Notes: a model not told the origin generated them from the letters alone. A stretch of DNA of 47,263 nt from Acidovorax sp. (GCA_030150585.1 JASLFM010000190.1:1-47263), one strand, 5' to 3'; shown: positions 1 through 10,853, counted from the stretch's first letter. Numbers and translations: made by a program.

Positions 1-485
1 GCGGGGCCCTCGGGCGCGGGCGTGCCGGCGGGCGCCACCCACAGCGCGCGGGGCTGGCCATCCGCTGGGTAGAGGTGAACGATGCTGGCGGCGCCGGAAT
101 CGGTCTTGGTCCAGGCGGGTAGAGCGCAGTCAGCTACCGTATTGATAGCGTTGCCTACCAGGCCAAACAGCGCGAAGTCGGCCGTGACATCGGTGAGGCG
201 TGCCTTGGCGCGCAGCACGAACATCGACAACCGCTTGAGCGTGGCGGCCAGCAGGTCGCGGCTGCACACGAGCAGAATCTCGGTGCCGCTGCGCTTGAAG
301 CCGATGAAGCTCGCCTGCATGCGGCCCTTGGCTGACAGGAAGGCCGCCAGGCGCGCGTGCTGCAGGTCGAGCAACGCGAAGTCCTGCGTGAGCTGGCCTT
401 GGAGGAACGAGGCGGCGTCCTCGCCTTCGACGCGGATCACGCCCAGGTGGGGGAGGGGGGCAATGCCATGAAGGGGCTGGGTCAT
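1..485 (-). CDS. ygfZ: Folate-binding tRNA-modification protein YgfZ (GcvT-fold), N-terminal part only; the gene continues past the left edge of the window
   Basis: Absent from the ORF track because there is no stop codon inside the window. Hand translation of the minus strand from the ATG (complement of 483-485) gives MTQPLHGIAPLPHLGVIRVEGEDAASFLQGQLTQDFALLDLQHARLAAFLSAKGRMQASFIGFKR... The GVIRVEGEDAxxFLQGQLTxD opening is typical of YgfZ/GcvT-like proteins. The gene is divergent from mltG. Confidence 0.7.
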   Translation of the reverse strand, partial: MTQPLHGIAPLPHLGVIRVEGEDAASFLQGQLTQDFALLDLQHARLAAFLSAKGRMQASFIGFKRSGTEILLVCSRDLLAATLKRLSMFVLRAKARLTDVTADFALFGLVGNAINTVADCALPAWTKTDSGAASIVHLYPADGQPRALWVAPAGTPAPEGP

Positions 486-531
486 GGCTGAATTATGATG
501 CCCGGTCCTTTCCATTCGGGCCGCTAGGGTT

Positions 532-1542
532 GTGCGTCGCTTACTGGTTTTTCTGCTGTTGATCGCCGGCGCGCTGGGCGCGGGCGCGGCCTGGTGGCTG
601 TACGAACCCATGGACCTGGGCGGCGCGCAGACGCTGGAGCTGGAAATCGAACCCGGGACCACGCCGCGCGGCGTGGCGCGGGATGTGGTGGCCGCTGGCG
701 TGCGCACCGACGCGCGGCTGCTCTACGCATGGTTCCGCCTCTCGGGGCAGGACCGGCTCATCAAGGCGGGCAACTATGAAATCCCCGCGGGCACTTCGCC
801 ACACGGCCTGCTGCAGAAGCTCGCGCGCGGGGAAGCGACGCTGCGCGCGCTCACCCTGGTGGAGGGCTGGAATTTCCGCCAGGTGCGCGCCGCGCTTGCC
901 CGCGAGGAAGGGCTGCGCCACGACGCCACCGTGCTTGGCGACGCGGCCCTCATGGTGCAGCTCGGCCGTCCCGGCGTGCCGCCGGAGGGGCGCTTCTTCC
1001 CGGATACCTATACCTATGCCAAGGGCAGCGGCGAGCTGGCCCTGCTGCGCCGCGCGCTGCATGCGATGGACCGCCGGCTTGAAGCCGCGTGGGCCTTGCG
1101 CGCGAGCGACACGCCGCTGCAATCGGCGGACGAGGCGCTGATCCTTGCGAGCATCGTCGAGAAGGAAACGGGCCGCGGCAGCGACCGCGCATTGATCGCG
1201 GGCGTGTTCAGCAACCGCCTGCGTGCAGGCATGCTGCTGCAGACCGATCCCACGGTGATCTATGGCCTGGGCGAGAAGTTCGATGGTAACCTGCGAAAGC
1301 GCGACCTGCAGACCGATACGCCCTGGAACACCTACACGCGCGCAGGCCTGCCGCCCACGCCGATCGCCATGCCCGGCAAGGCCGCGCTGATGGCCGCCGT
1401 GCAGCCCGAGCCCACGCGCGCGCTGTACTTCGTGGCCAAGGGCGACGGGTCGAGCCACTTCAGTGCCACGCTCGAGGAGCACAACCGGGCCGTGAACCGC
1501 TACCAGCGCAACCAGCCGCCCGCCAAGGAAGGCAGCCGATGA
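532..1542 (+). CDS. mltG: Endolytic murein transglycosylase MltG (YceG family)
   Basis: 336-aa ORF with a GTG start. It has an N-terminal TM anchor ([20 protein letters not shown]) and a YceG core ([10 protein letters not shown]...[25 protein letters not shown]...[18 protein letters not shown]). Its stop overlaps the tmk start (ATGA). Confidence 0.9.
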   Translation: MRRLLVFLLLIAGALGAGAAWWLYEPMDLGGAQTLELEIEPGTTPRGVARDVVAAGVRTDARLLYAWFRLSGQDRLIKAGNYEIPAGTSPHGLLQKLARGEATLRALTLVEGWNFRQVRAALAREEGLRHDATVLGDAALMVQLGRPGVPPEGRFFPDTYTYAKGSGELALLRRALHAMDRRLEAAWALRASDTPLQSADEALILASIVEKETGRGSDRALIAGVFSNRLRAGMLLQTDPTVIYGLGEKFDGNLRKRDLQTDTPWNTYTRAGLPPTPIAMPGKAALMAAVQPEPTRALYFVAKGDGSSHFSATLEEHNRAVNRYQRNQPPAKEGSR

Positions 1543-2234
1543 CGAATACAGCACCCACGGCACGCCCAGGCCTGTTCATCACCTTCGAGGGCATCGACGG
1601 CGCGGGTAAGTCCTCGCACATCGAGGCACTGGCCCAGGCCTTTCGCGCGCAAGGCCGCACCGTGACGCTGACGCGCGAGCCGGGCGGCACGCCGCTGGCC
1701 GAGAAGCTGCGCGAGCTGCTGCTGCACGACGCCATGGACGCGCTGACCGAGTCGCTGCTCGTATTCGCCGCGCGGCGCGATCACCTCGTGCAGGTGATTG
1801 AGCCGGCGCTGGCGCGCGGCGAGGTGGTGCTGTGCGACCGCTTCACCGATGCCACCTTCGCCTACCAGGGCGCGGGGCGGGGCTTCGACACCCAGGTGCT
1901 ATCGGTTCTGGAGCGCATGGCGCAGACTGGGCTGGCTCCAGACCCGCAAAGGATGCGTGAACCCGACCTGACCGTGTGGTTCGATGTGCCCGTGGAAGTG
2001 GCCGCCGGGCGGCTGGCCTCCGCCCGCGTGCCGGACCGCTTCGAGTCCCAGCCGGCCGAGTTTTTCCGCCGCGTGGCCCAGGGCTATGCCGAGCGCGCGG
2101 CCGGGGCGCCCCAACGCTTCGCGCGCATCGACTCCTCGCAGGAGCGGCACCAGGTCTGGCAGCAGCTCACGAGCGTCTTCGTGCGCAAGGGCTGGCTCGC
2201 CATCATGGTGGCCACGCAGGGGGGGCCGAAGTGA
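1539..2234 (+). CDS. tmk: Thymidylate (dTMP) kinase
   Basis: P-loop [14 protein letters not shown] and the [16 protein letters not shown] motif. It follows mltG and precedes holB, as in E. coli. Confidence 0.95.
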   Translation: MTNTAPTARPGLFITFEGIDGAGKSSHIEALAQAFRAQGRTVTLTREPGGTPLAEKLRELLLHDAMDALTESLLVFAARRDHLVQVIEPALARGEVVLCDRFTDATFAYQGAGRGFDTQVLSVLERMAQTGLAPDPQRMREPDLTVWFDVPVEVAAGRLASARVPDRFESQPAEFFRRVAQGYAERAAGAPQRFARIDSSQERHQVWQQLTSVFVRKGWLAIMVATQGGPK

Positions 2235-3247
2235 GCGAGGCGCAGCATACCGATAGCGCCGTAGCGCCCTGGATCGCGATGCAGCGTGCCACGCTGCTGG
2301 CCCAGCGCGGCCATGCCTGGTTGCTGCAGGGGCCGTCGGGCCTGGGGCAATATGCCTTGGCACTTGAACTCGTGCGCGCCTGGCTGTGCGAGGCACCCAC
2401 GCCGCAGGGCGCCTGCGGCCAGTGCGCCAGCTGCCACGCGATCGACGTCCGCACGCACGCCGACCTGTGCGTGCTGATGCCGGAAACGCAGATGATTGCG
2501 CTGGGCTGGCCCTTGTCCGAGAAGGCCCAGGCCGAGATCGACGACAAGAAACGCAAGCCCAGCCGCGAGATCCGCGTGGAGGCCATGCGCGACGCCGTGG
2601 AGTTCACGCAGCGCACCTCGGCCCGTGGCCGGGGCAAGGCCGTGCTGGTCTATCCAGCCGAGCAGATGAATACCGTGACGGCCAACGCGCTGCTCAAGAC
2701 GCTGGAAGAGCCGCCCGGCGATGTGCGATTCGTGCTGGCGAGCGAAGCAGCGCACCTTCTGCTGCCCACCATCCGCAGCCGCTGCCTGGGCCACACCATG
2801 CTGTGGCCCCCCGAAGCGCAGGCGCTGGCCTGGCTGCAGGCCCAGGGGCTAGCAGCCGAGGCGGCCCAGGCCCAGCTGCGCACAGCGGGCGGGCGGCCCC
2901 AGGACGCACTCGCGCAGGCCGAGTCGGGCCGCAGCCCCGCTGCCTGGGCGCTGTTCCCGAAGGCCGTGGCGCGCGGTGACGCCTCGGCCCTGGCCGACTG
3001 GACGCCTGCCCAGGCCGTCGATGCGCTGCAGAAGCTCTGCCACGACCTGCTGGCCAGCGCCGCGGGCGCCGCGCCGCGCTATTTCGCCGCAGCCGACCTG
3101 CCGCCCGCACCGCCGCTGCTGGCACTCGCACGCTGGTCGCAGGCACTCGCGCGTGCAGCACGCACGGCCGACCACCCATTCAATACCGGCCTGATGCTGG
3201 AGGCGCTTGTGGCCCAGGCGCGAAACACCCTACACTCGCGTCATTGA
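2231..3247 (+). CDS. holB: DNA polymerase III delta-prime subunit
   Basis: It lies in the frame of track ORF 1976..3247. The start is placed at GTG 2231, overlapping the tmk stop (GTGA), because the conserved N-terminal PW motif (APWIAMQ) lies upstream of the first ATG (2279). Motifs present: [13 protein letters not shown], zinc module [21 protein letters not shown] and TIRSRC. Confidence 0.85.
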   Translation: MSEAQHTDSAVAPWIAMQRATLLAQRGHAWLLQGPSGLGQYALALELVRAWLCEAPTPQGACGQCASCHAIDVRTHADLCVLMPETQMIALGWPLSEKAQAEIDDKKRKPSREIRVEAMRDAVEFTQRTSARGRGKAVLVYPAEQMNTVTANALLKTLEEPPGDVRFVLASEAAHLLLPTIRSRCLGHTMLWPPEAQALAWLQAQGLAAEAAQAQLRTAGGRPQDALAQAESGRSPAAWALFPKAVARGDASALADWTPAQAVDALQKLCHDLLASAAGAAPRYFAAADLPPAPPLLALARWSQALARAARTADHPFNTGLMLEALVAQARNTLHSRH

Positions 3248-3263
3248 GACGCCCCCACCTACC

Positions 3264-3623
3264 ATGAGCAGTCCCTCCACCGCGCCGCGCCCCAGCGTCA
3301 TGCAGCTGGCCATCAAGGAAAAGGCGGCCCTCTACGCGGCATACATTCCGTTTTTCAATGAGGGCGGCATTTTCGTGCCCACCACGCGCGAGTACCGCCT
3401 GGGCGACGACGTGTACGTGCTGCTCACGCTGCCCGAGGACACCCAACGCTACCCTGTGGCGGGGCGAGTGGCTTGGGTCACGCCCGCGCGGGCTGCGGGC
3501 AATCGCACGCAGGGCGTGGGTATCCAGTTTCCCAAGGACGAAAAATCGCGCCAGCTCAAGATCAAGATCGAGGAAATCCTGGGCACCGCGCTGGGCTCCG
3601 ACCGGCCGACCCAGACCATCTGA
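3264..3623 (+). CDS. pilZ: PilZ-domain protein (type IV pilus assembly PilZ type)
   Basis: The ATG at 3264 gives MSSPSTAPRPSVMQLAIKEKAALYAAYIPFFNEGGIFVPT..., a PilZ-like fold signature. The tmk-holB-pilZ linkage is the arrangement known from Pseudomonas aeruginosa. Confidence 0.8.
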   Translation: MSSPSTAPRPSVMQLAIKEKAALYAAYIPFFNEGGIFVPTTREYRLGDDVYVLLTLPEDTQRYPVAGRVAWVTPARAAGNRTQGVGIQFPKDEKSRQLKIKIEEILGTALGSDRPTQTI

Positions 3624-3679
3624 CGATTCCTGCCCCACCCTGATGCCGACCCGCCGCGTGCCGGTCGGCATCGCTGCTT

Positions 3680-4495
3680 TTGAAGCCTATGTTTGTCGAT
3701 TCCCACTGCCACCTCACATTTCCTGAGCTGCAGAGCCAGCTTCCCGCCATCCGCCAGGCCATGCAGGAGGCGCAGGTGGACCGCGCGCTGTGCATTTGCA
3801 CGACCATGGAAGAATTTGCCGACGTGCATGCCCTGGCGCTGGCGCATGACAACTTCTGGTGCACCGTGGGCGTGCACCCTGATAACGAGGGTGTGATGGA
3901 GCCTTCGGTACAGGATCTGCTGGAGCGTGCCGCACTGCCGCGCGTGGTGGCCATTGGGGAGACGGGGCTCGACTACTACGGCATGGAGGACCGCAAGGGT
4001 GGCCGCAGCATTGCCGACCTGGAGTGGCAGCGCGAGCGTTTTCGCACCCACATCCGCGCCGCGCGCGCGGTGGCCAAGCCGCTGGTGATTCACACGCGCA
4101 GCGCGTCCGACGACACGCTGGCCATCCTGCGCGAGGAGGGCGAGGACGGCGGCGGCAGCCGCGCGGGCGGCGTGTTCCACTGCTTCACCGAGTCGATGGC
4201 CGTGGCGCGGGCCGCGCTCGATCTGGGCTACTACATCTCGTTCTCGGGCATCGTCACCTTCAAGAGCGCGCAGGAGCTGCGCGAGGTGGCGGCCTTCGTG
4301 CCGATGGACCGCATGCTGATCGAAACCGACAGTCCCTACCTGGCGCCGGTGCCCTACCGGGGCAAGACAAATACTCCGGCCTACGTGCCATTTGTGGCGC
4401 AGCAGATCGCCGCCTTGCGCGGCATGGACGTCGAGGCCGTGGCCGAGGCCACGAGCCGCAACTTCGAGGCCCTTTTCCCGGGAGTGAAGGCATGA
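3680..4495 (+). CDS. ycfH: TatD-family metal-dependent hydrolase (YcfH type)
   Basis: FVDSHCHL metal-binding start and [15 protein letters not shown] near the C-terminus. It occupies the position after holB, like E. coli ycfH. The start could instead be the ATG at 3689. Confidence 0.88.
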   Translation: MKPMFVDSHCHLTFPELQSQLPAIRQAMQEAQVDRALCICTTMEEFADVHALALAHDNFWCTVGVHPDNEGVMEPSVQDLLERAALPRVVAIGETGLDYYGMEDRKGGRSIADLEWQRERFRTHIRAARAVAKPLVIHTRSASDDTLAILREEGEDGGGSRAGGVFHCFTESMAVARAALDLGYYISFSGIVTFKSAQELREVAAFVPMDRMLIETDSPYLAPVPYRGKTNTPAYVPFVAQQIAALRGMDVEAVAEATSRNFEALFPGVKA

Positions 4496-5166
4496 CGGCG
4501 CGGCGGCAATTCATCGCGGGTGTGGCGGCTCTGGCATTGGGCTCGCGCAGCGCCTGGGCGGGTTCGTACGACGACTTTTTCACGGCCATCCACCGCGATG
4601 AGGCCGATGCCATCACGGCCCTGGTGCGACGCGGGTTCGATCCCAACACCCTCGACCCCAAGGGGCGCCCGGGGCTGGTACTGGCGCTGCAGCTCGGTTC
4701 GTTCCATGCCTTCCAGGCCTTGCTGAAGGCGCGCGGCATCAAGGTGGAGCAGCGCAACGCGCAGGGCGAAAGCGCGCTCATGATTGCGGCCATCAAAGGC
4801 TACATGGACGAGGCCCGGGCACTCATCGACCTGGACGCCGACGTGAACAAGACCGGCTGGACACCGCTGCATTACGCGGCCTCGGGTACGGGGGCGTCGC
4901 AGCCGGCGATGATCGCGCTGTTGCTGGAGAACAGCGCCTACATCGATGCGGCCTCGCCCAACGGCAGCACGCCGCTCATGCTGGCGGCGCAGTACGGCAC
5001 GCGGGAGTCAGCGAAGCTGCTGCTCGACGAGGGAGCCGATCCCACGCTCAAGAACCAGCTCGGCCTCACGGCCGTGGATTTCGCGCTGCGCGCGCAGCGC
5101 AAGGACCTGGCGGACCAGCTTGCCGCCGCGATCCGCAGCCGCCAGCCCAACCGCGGCAAGTGGTAG
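4492..5166 (+). CDS. Exported ankyrin-repeat protein with a twin-arginine-like signal peptide
   Basis: ATG 4492 overlaps the ycfH stop (ATGA). The N-terminus [23 protein letters not shown] looks like an RRxF Tat-type signal. ANK repeats are present ([64 protein letters not shown]). Confidence 0.8.
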   Translation: MTARRQFIAGVAALALGSRSAWAGSYDDFFTAIHRDEADAITALVRRGFDPNTLDPKGRPGLVLALQLGSFHAFQALLKARGIKVEQRNAQGESALMIAAIKGYMDEARALIDLDADVNKTGWTPLHYAASGTGASQPAMIALLLENSAYIDAASPNGSTPLMLAAQYGTRESAKLLLDEGADPTLKNQLGLTAVDFALRAQRKDLADQLAAAIRSRQPNRGKW

Positions 5167-6963
5167 TCAGGCGCGGTTTTGCAGCCGCGCGTAGAGCCCG
5201 CCCTGGGCAAGCAATGCGGCGTGCGTGCCCTGCTCGGCGATGCGCCCGTGCTCCATGACCACCACGCGGTCCGCATGCTCGATCGTGGACAGGCGGTGTG
5301 CGATCACGAGGGTGGTGCGGCCCTGCATCAGGCGCTGCAGAGCGTCTTGCACAAGGCGCTCGGACTCGGTGTCGAGCGCCGACGTGGCTTCGTCGAGGAT
5401 CAGGATGGGCGCGTCCTTGTAGAGCGCACGCGCAATGGCCAGCCGCTGGCGCTGGCCGCCCGAGAGCTGAGTTGCGTTGTGGCCCACCAGCGTGTGGATG
5501 CCCTGTGGCAGGCTGGCGACGTGGCTGGCAAGGTTCGCCGCCTCAAGACAGGAGCGCACGCGTTCCTCGTCCATGGCGCCGCTTGGATCACCCAAGGCCA
5601 CATTGGCCGCGATGCTCGCGTTGAACATCACCACGTCCTGGCTCACCATGGCGAACTGGGCGCGCAGGCTGTCAAGTCGCCAATCGGCCAACGGGTACCC
5701 GTCGAGCAGGACTTCGCCTGCGTCAGGCAGCACAAACCGGGGAAGCAGGTTCACGAGCGTGGTCTTGCCTGCGCCCGAGGGACCCACAAGGGCGACGACC
5801 TCGCCGGGCTGTACGGTAAGGCTCACGCGGTCGAGCGCCGGGGCCTGGTCCTCGCGGAAGGACACCGTGACGTTCCGCAACTCGATTGCACCGCGCACGG
5901 TTTGCGGGACATGGGTACCGCTGGTTTCGGTGTCGGTGTCGTTGATGAGCAGCAGCCCGCGCTCGAGCGCCGCGATGCCGCGCGTGAGGGGGTTGGCGAC
6001 GTCGGCCAGTCGGCGGATCGGGGCGATCAGCATGAGCATGGCCGTGATGAAGGCCGCGAAGCCGCCTACGGTGATGGCGTGGCTGCCGCCCGCCGCGCGG
6101 CTCTGCCAGAGTGCGATGCAGATGACGGTGGACAACGCTCCTGCCGAAACCATCTGGGTAAGCGGCGTCATGGCGGCCGAGGCGATAGTGGCCTTGATCG
6201 CGAGGCGCCGCAGGCTGTGGCTGAGGCTGGCAAAGCGCGCGGCCTGCGTGCCCTGGGCCCCGTGCAGGCGCACCACGCGGTGGGCGAGCACGTTCTCTTC
6301 AACTACGTAGGCCAGTTCGTCGGTGGCTTGCTGGCTGCTCTTGGTGATGCGGTAAAGGCGCCGCGACAGCTTCTTCATGATGACCGCCACGCTCGGCACC
6401 ATCACGGCAACGATCAGCGTAAGCTGCCAGTTGATGTACAGCAGGTAGCCCAGCAGGGCGATGAGCGTGAAGCCGTCGCGCGACATGCCCAGAATCGCCT
6501 GCACGAGCTGCGTGGCACCCGTTTGCACCTCGTACACCACGGTGTTCGATAGGGCGCTGGCCGATTGGCGCGTGAACAGCCCCATCTCCGCGCCAAGCAG
6601 CCGGTCGAACAGCGCCTTGCGCAGCAGCAGCATGCCTTCGTTGGCGATGCGCGTGAGGGCGTACTGGCTTGCGAAAACGGCCAGGCCCCGCACGATGAAA
6701 ACGCCGATGATGGCCACGGGCACCAGCCACAGGTCCAGCGTGCCTTCGGTGAAGCCGCTGTCGAGCAGCGGTTTGAGCAGCGCGGGGATCAGGGGCTCGG
6801 TGAGGGCCGCGACGATGGCGCCGCCGAAGGCCAGCACCCAGGCCAACCGGTGGCCGCTGAAGTAGGGGGTCAGGCGCCGCAGCCGTGCCCGCAGGCTGGG
6901 GGAGGTGGCGGGGGCTGGTGGCGCGGTCGGCGCGGGCTGGGGGCCGGAGTCGGGGGCTTGCAT
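5167..6963 (-). CDS. msbA: Lipid A export ABC transporter permease/ATPase MsbA
   Basis: 598 aa. The six-TM exporter domain carries the LKPLLDSGF motif. The NBD has Walker [10 protein letters not shown], signature LSGGQRQR and Walker [13 protein letters not shown]. Confidence 0.85.
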   Translation of the reverse strand: MQAPDSGPQPAPTAPPAPATSPSLRARLRRLTPYFSGHRLAWVLAFGGAIVAALTEPLIPALLKPLLDSGFTEGTLDLWLVPVAIIGVFIVRGLAVFASQYALTRIANEGMLLLRKALFDRLLGAEMGLFTRQSASALSNTVVYEVQTGATQLVQAILGMSRDGFTLIALLGYLLYINWQLTLIVAVMVPSVAVIMKKLSRRLYRITKSSQQATDELAYVVEENVLAHRVVRLHGAQGTQAARFASLSHSLRRLAIKATIASAAMTPLTQMVSAGALSTVICIALWQSRAAGGSHAITVGGFAAFITAMLMLIAPIRRLADVANPLTRGIAALERGLLLINDTDTETSGTHVPQTVRGAIELRNVTVSFREDQAPALDRVSLTVQPGEVVALVGPSGAGKTTLVNLLPRFVLPDAGEVLLDGYPLADWRLDSLRAQFAMVSQDVVMFNASIAANVALGDPSGAMDEERVRSCLEAANLASHVASLPQGIHTLVGHNATQLSGGQRQRLAIARALYKDAPILILDEATSALDTESERLVQDALQRLMQGRTTLVIAHRLSTIEHADRVVVMEHGRIAEQGTHAALLAQGGLYARLQNRA

Positions 6964-7100
6964 GTGTGGGGCGGATTCTACGGCCCGCCGCTACAGCGGC
7001 GGCTCGGTGTACCATACAGTTTGTCACAGGGGTTTTTGGTCAGTGTGTAACATGCTGGATTCACCACCGGCTTTGTATGTACGGTTTCCGATGGCTGCCA

Positions 7101-8426
7101 ATGACTATTGACCGACTACCATCCACCCCTTCGTCCTCCGCGGCCACGCCGCTTCTTCCTTTGCGCCGCCAGATCCTGGCCGCGATGATCTCCCTCCCCG
7201 CCGTTCCTGCCTTGGCACAGTTTCGTGTCGAAGTCACGGGCGTCGGCCTGACCCAACTGCCGATCGCGCTGGCCCCTTTCCGGGGCGAGGCCCAGTCGCC
7301 CCAACGCATCTCTGCCATCGTGCAGGCGGACCTGGAGCGTAGCGGCCAGTTCCGCTCCGTGGATGCGGCAGGCACCGCACTCGATGAGACCTCTCGTCCT
7401 GACATGACGCAGTGGCGCCAAAAGAGTGCCGATTCGCTCGTCACCGGCAGCGTCACGCGCCAGGCCGACGGCCGCTACGACATCCGCTTCCGGCTGTGGG
7501 ATGTGGTGCGTGGCCAGGACCTTGGTGGCCAAAGCTTCATGGTGAGCCAGGGCGATTTGCGCCTGGTGGCCCACCGCATCGCCGACTTCGTTTACGAAAA
7601 GCTCACGGGCGAGCGCGGCGTGTTCTCCACGCGCATCGCCTACGTGACCAAGGCGGGCGGGCGCTACAGCCTGTGGGTGGCCGATGCCGATGGCGAGAAC
7701 GCGCAAGCCGCGCTCTCCAGCCCCGAGCCCATCATCTCGCCCGCCTGGGCGCCCAACGGTGGGCAACTCGCCTACGTGTCGTTCGAATCGCGCAAGCCGG
7801 TGGTCTACGTGCACGACGTGGCCACAGGCCGGCGCCGCCTCATCGCCAATTTCCGCGGTTCCAACAGCGCGCCGGCCTGGTCGCCCGATGGCCGCACGCT
7901 GGCCGTGACGCTGAGCCGTGACGGCGGCTCGCAGCTCTACACCATCGACGCCAACGGCGGCGAGCCCCGCCGCCTCATGCAGAGCGGTGCGATTGATACC
8001 GAACCCGTGTTCTCGGGCGATGGCCGCACCATCTACTTCGTGAGCGACCGCGGCGGTGCGCCCCAGATCTACAAGGTCCCCGCATCGGGCGGCAATGCCG
8101 AACGCGTGACCTTCTCCGGCAACTACAACATCTCTCCCAGCGTAAGCCCCGATGGCCGCTGGCTGGCCTATGTGTCGCGCATCGGCGGTGCGTTCAAGTT
8201 GCATGTCATGGACCTCAGCTCGGGTTCCGTGAATGCCATCACCGACACCAGCGCCGACGAGAGTCCGAGTTTTGCCCCCAACAGCCGCTTGATCGTTTAC
8301 GCCACCCAGCAGCAAGGCCGTGAAGCCCTCATGACCACGACGCTGGACGGCAAGATCAAGGCCCGTCTGGCGGGGCAAGGTGGAGACATACGAGAGCCCG
8401 ACTGGGGTCCGTTCCAGAAACAGTGA
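7101..8426 (+). CDS. tolB: Tol-Pal system beta-propeller protein TolB
   Basis: It lies in the frame of ORF 6885..8426. ATG 7101 gives a signal peptide ([18 protein letters not shown]). Repeated propeller motifs are present ([52 protein letters not shown]). Confidence 0.9.
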   Translation: MTIDRLPSTPSSSAATPLLPLRRQILAAMISLPAVPALAQFRVEVTGVGLTQLPIALAPFRGEAQSPQRISAIVQADLERSGQFRSVDAAGTALDETSRPDMTQWRQKSADSLVTGSVTRQADGRYDIRFRLWDVVRGQDLGGQSFMVSQGDLRLVAHRIADFVYEKLTGERGVFSTRIAYVTKAGGRYSLWVADADGENAQAALSSPEPIISPAWAPNGGQLAYVSFESRKPVVYVHDVATGRRRLIANFRGSNSAPAWSPDGRTLAVTLSRDGGSQLYTIDANGGEPRRLMQSGAIDTEPVFSGDGRTIYFVSDRGGAPQIYKVPASGGNAERVTFSGNYNISPSVSPDGRWLAYVSRIGGAFKLHVMDLSSGSVNAITDTSADESPSFAPNSRLIVYATQQQGREALMTTTLDGKIKARLAGQGGDIREPDWGPFQKQ

Positions 8427-8472
8427 ACTTATCGTTACAACGCATATCAGCAGGATTGCAGGAGAAATTCGG

Positions 8473-9018
8473 ATGAACCACTTGAAGCGCCTTTCGATTG
8501 CCGTGACCGTGGCTGCCTTGATGGCAGGCTGCAGCTCCGGCGTGAAGCTCGACCAGCCACCCGTCGAAGACAAGTCCGCCACGTCGACCGCCGCGAACAA
8601 CGCGGGTGCCAATTCGGGCAATACCACCCAGAGCGGCGTTGCGGGCGTAAACCTCGGCCAGTCGGACCGCGAGGGCGCCGGCCCCGTGGGCGTGAGCCGC
8701 ATCGTCTACTTCGACTTCGACAGCTACACCGTCAAGCCGGAGTACCAGTCGGTGCTCGACGCCCATGCCCGCTACATCAAGGCCGTTCCCGGCCGCAAGG
8801 TGATGCTCGAAGGCCACACCGACGAGCGCGGCGGCCGTGAGTACAACCTGGCCCTGGGCCAGAAGCGTGCGGAGGCCGTGCGCCGCGCTCTGGGTCTGTT
8901 GGGCGTGTCCGACAGCCAGATGGAGGCCGTGAGCTTCGGCAAGGAAAAGCCCGCCGTGCAGGGCAGCAGCGAGGATGCGTACGCGCAGAACCGCCGCGTT
9001 GAGCTGTCCTACCGCTGA
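8473..9018 (+). CDS. pal: Peptidoglycan-associated lipoprotein Pal
   Basis: ATG 8473 is preceded by the RBS CAGGAGA. It has a lipobox (ALMAGC) and an OmpA-like domain (VYFDFDSY...EGHTDERGGREYNLALGQKRAEAV...NRRVEL). Confidence 0.92.
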   Translation: MNHLKRLSIAVTVAALMAGCSSGVKLDQPPVEDKSATSTAANNAGANSGNTTQSGVAGVNLGQSDREGAGPVGVSRIVYFDFDSYTVKPEYQSVLDAHARYIKAVPGRKVMLEGHTDERGGREYNLALGQKRAEAVRRALGLLGVSDSQMEAVSFGKEKPAVQGSSEDAYAQNRRVELSYR

Positions 9019-9809
9019 TGGTGAAAGTCCATCTCCCCCGGTGGACGCGGGCGGGACTCGCGGCTGCGCTGTCCCTGGCCTTTGCAGCCAGCAGCCATGC
9101 GGCACTGTTCGAGGATGACGAGGCCCGCCGCGCCATCCTGGAGCTGCGCCAGCGCGTGGATGCACTCACGCAGGCCAACCAGCGTGCAGGCGAGGACCTG
9201 CGCCGCTCGGGCGACGATACCTCCCAACTGCGGCGCAGCCTGCTCGATCTGCAGGCGCAGATCGAAACCCTGCGCACCGAGCAAGCCAAGCTGCGCGGGC
9301 AGAATGAACAACTGCTCCGCGACGTGGCCGACCTGCAGCGCCGCCAGAAGGACATGGCCCAAGGCGTGGACGAGCGCCTGCGCCAGTTCGAGCCCGTGAA
9401 GGTTTCGCTTGACGGACAGGAGTTCCAGGCCGACCCTGCCGAGAAGCGCGACTTCGAGGCCGCGCTTGCCGTCTTCCGCTCGGGCAAGTTCGCCGATGCC
9501 GGTACGGCTTTCGCGGGCTTCGTCAAGCAGTACCCGCGCAGCGGCTATGTACCGTCTGCCCGCTTCTGGCTGGGTAATGCGCAGTACGCCACGCGCGACT
9601 ACAAGGAGGCCATCAACAACTTCAAGTCGTTGCTGGCTGCGGCTCCCGAGCATGCCCGTGCGCCAGAGGCCGCGCTCTCCATCGCCAACTGCCAGATCGA
9701 GCTCAAGGACACGCGCGCAGCCCGCAAGACGCTGGAAGACCTGCTCAAGGCCTATCCGCAGTCCGAGGCTGCCGGTGCCGCCAAGGAGCGGCTGTCGCGC
9801 CTCAAGTGA
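9018..9809 (+). CDS. cpoB: Tol-Pal system protein CpoB/YbgF
   Basis: Signal peptide, an N-terminal coiled coil (LRRSLLDLQAQIETLRTEQAKLRGQNEQL) and a C-terminal TPR-like YbgF domain (YPRSGYVPSARFWLGNAQY). Its start overlaps the pal stop (TGATG). Confidence 0.85.
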   Translation: MVKVHLPRWTRAGLAAALSLAFAASSHAALFEDDEARRAILELRQRVDALTQANQRAGEDLRRSGDDTSQLRRSLLDLQAQIETLRTEQAKLRGQNEQLLRDVADLQRRQKDMAQGVDERLRQFEPVKVSLDGQEFQADPAEKRDFEAALAVFRSGKFADAGTAFAGFVKQYPRSGYVPSARFWLGNAQYATRDYKEAINNFKSLLAAAPEHARAPEAALSIANCQIELKDTRAARKTLEDLLKAYPQSEAAGAAKERLSRLK

Positions 9810-10603
9810 CGGCTGTTTCTTTGGTTGCCGAGTTGCTGGCAGTCGATGCCCCCGACCTCCAGCGCCGCTTCGGCGGGCTGGAGCGCCTGTATGGCGTGCC
9901 AGGAGCGCAGCGCATTCGTGGGGCCCACGTCGCCGTGGTCGGCATTGGGGGCGTAGGCTCCTGGGCCGCCGAGGCCTTGGCCCGCAGCGGGGTAGGGCGC
10001 TTGACCCTGGTCGATCTCGACCACATTGCCGAATCCAACATCAATCGCCAGATCCATGCGTTGTCGTCCACCGTCGGTCAGGCGAAGGTGGAGGCCATGC
10101 GCAACCGCATTGCTCAGATTCACCCCGCATGCGAAGTGCAGTGTGTTGAGGAGTTCGTCGATCCCTCCAACTGGCCGGCACTGCTGCCCGGCCCCGTGGA
10201 TGCCGTGATCGACGCCTGTGATCAGGTGCGGGCCAAAGTCGCCATGGCGCAGTATGCCCGTGCCCAGCGCCAGCTATTCGTGAGTGTCGGTGCTGCAGGT
10301 GGAAAGCGCCTGGCGCACAAGGTGGACATCGACGATCTGGCGGCCGTCACGCACGATCCTCTGTTGGCCCAGCTGCGCTATCAACTGCGCAAGCACCATG
10401 GAGCCCCCAAGGAAGGCCGCAAGATCGGCGTGGCCTGCGTCTTCAGCCGCGAGGCCGTGGCGCCACCCGACGCCTCATGCGCTCTGCAAGGAGACGGTAC
10501 GCTCAATTGCCACGGCTATGGCTCAGTGGTGTCGGTAACAGCCACCTTCGGCCAATGTGCTGCCGGTTGGGTCCTAGACCACATCTCGCGCGCCATCGTC
10601 TGA
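9806..10603 (+). CDS. tcdA: tRNA threonylcarbamoyladenosine dehydratase TcdA (ThiF/MoeB-like E1 fold)
   Basis: QRRFGGLERLYG...VAVVGIGGVGSWAAEALARSGVGRLTLVDLDHIAESNINRQIHA aligns closely by eye with E. coli TcdA/CsdL. The GTG start overlaps the cpoB stop (GTGA). Confidence 0.88.
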   Translation: MTAVSLVAELLAVDAPDLQRRFGGLERLYGVPGAQRIRGAHVAVVGIGGVGSWAAEALARSGVGRLTLVDLDHIAESNINRQIHALSSTVGQAKVEAMRNRIAQIHPACEVQCVEEFVDPSNWPALLPGPVDAVIDACDQVRAKVAMAQYARAQRQLFVSVGAAGGKRLAHKVDIDDLAAVTHDPLLAQLRYQLRKHHGAPKEGRKIGVACVFSREAVAPPDASCALQGDGTLNCHGYGSVVSVTATFGQCAAGWVLDHISRAIV

Positions 10604-10636
10604 TGGTGGTTGAGAATACGCTATAATTTAAGTCTT

Positions 10637-10655
10637 TGCTGCAATGATTGCAGCA
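10637..10655. repeat. Perfect 9-bp inverted repeat (TGCTGCAAT g ATTGCAGCA) in the tRNA-Lys leader
   Basis: Read directly. It lies between a TATAAT hexamer (10622-10627) and the tRNA 5' end (10662). It could be a leader hairpin or an operator. Confidence 0.6.
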
Positions 10656-10661
10656 TCGGTT

Positions 10662-10737
10662 GGGACGTTAGCTCAGTTGGTAGAGCAGCGGACTTTTAAT
10701 CCGTTGGTCACAAGTTCGAATCTTGTACGTCCTACCA
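10662..10737 (+). tRNA. tRNA-Lys, anticodon UUU, CCA encoded
   Basis: 76 nt: GGGACGTTAGCTCAGTTGGTAGAGCAGCGGACTTTTAATCCGTTGGTCACAAGTTCGAATCTTGTACGTCCTACCA. It folds as a cloverleaf: acceptor GGGACGT/ACGTCCT (G1-U72 wobble), anticodon loop CTTTTAA and T-arm GTTCGAATC. Confidence 0.93.
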
Positions 10738-10745
10738 AGATCACG

Positions 10746-10779
10746 AGGCCCTGTAGCAATACAGGGCCTTTTCTTTTTT
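10746..10779 (+). terminator. Rho-independent terminator of tRNA-Lys
   Basis: Perfect 10-bp stem AGGCCCTGTA / TACAGGGCCT with a GCAA loop, followed by TTTTCTTTTTT. Confidence 0.85.
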
Positions 10780-10822
10780 GCTGCGAATTGTGTAGCACTG
10801 CACTGCTTAATTGATGGGGACA

Positions 10823-10853
10823 TGTTCCGCAATCAATGGCGCTGTTCCGCAAT
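10823..10853 (+). repeat. 11-bp direct repeat TGTTCCGCAAT x2 (10823-10833 and 10843-10853) at the left island border
   Basis: Read directly. The copies are 20 bp apart start to start, in the 255-bp non-coding stretch between the tRNA terminator and phaB. Confidence 0.6.

Noticed and set aside
541-1563. Long antisense or alternative-frame ORFs throughout the window. Examples: 541..1563 minus, 2084..2794 minus, 5179..6552 plus, 7116..8702 minus, 12504..13397 minus, 14117..16015 plus, 45056..46105 minus and 46119..46682 minus.
   Set aside because: Each lies opposite to, or out of frame with, a gene whose product has clear family motifs. Their translations are Arg/Ala/Gly/Pro-rich low-complexity strings, typical of stop-poor frames in high-GC DNA.
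7786-7795. GTTCGAATCG inside tolB, which matches 9 of 10 nt of the tRNA-Lys T-arm (GTTCGAATCT), as a possible att-like repeat.
   Set aside because: It lies upstream of the tRNA inside a conserved core gene. The match does not extend further and is consistent with chance.
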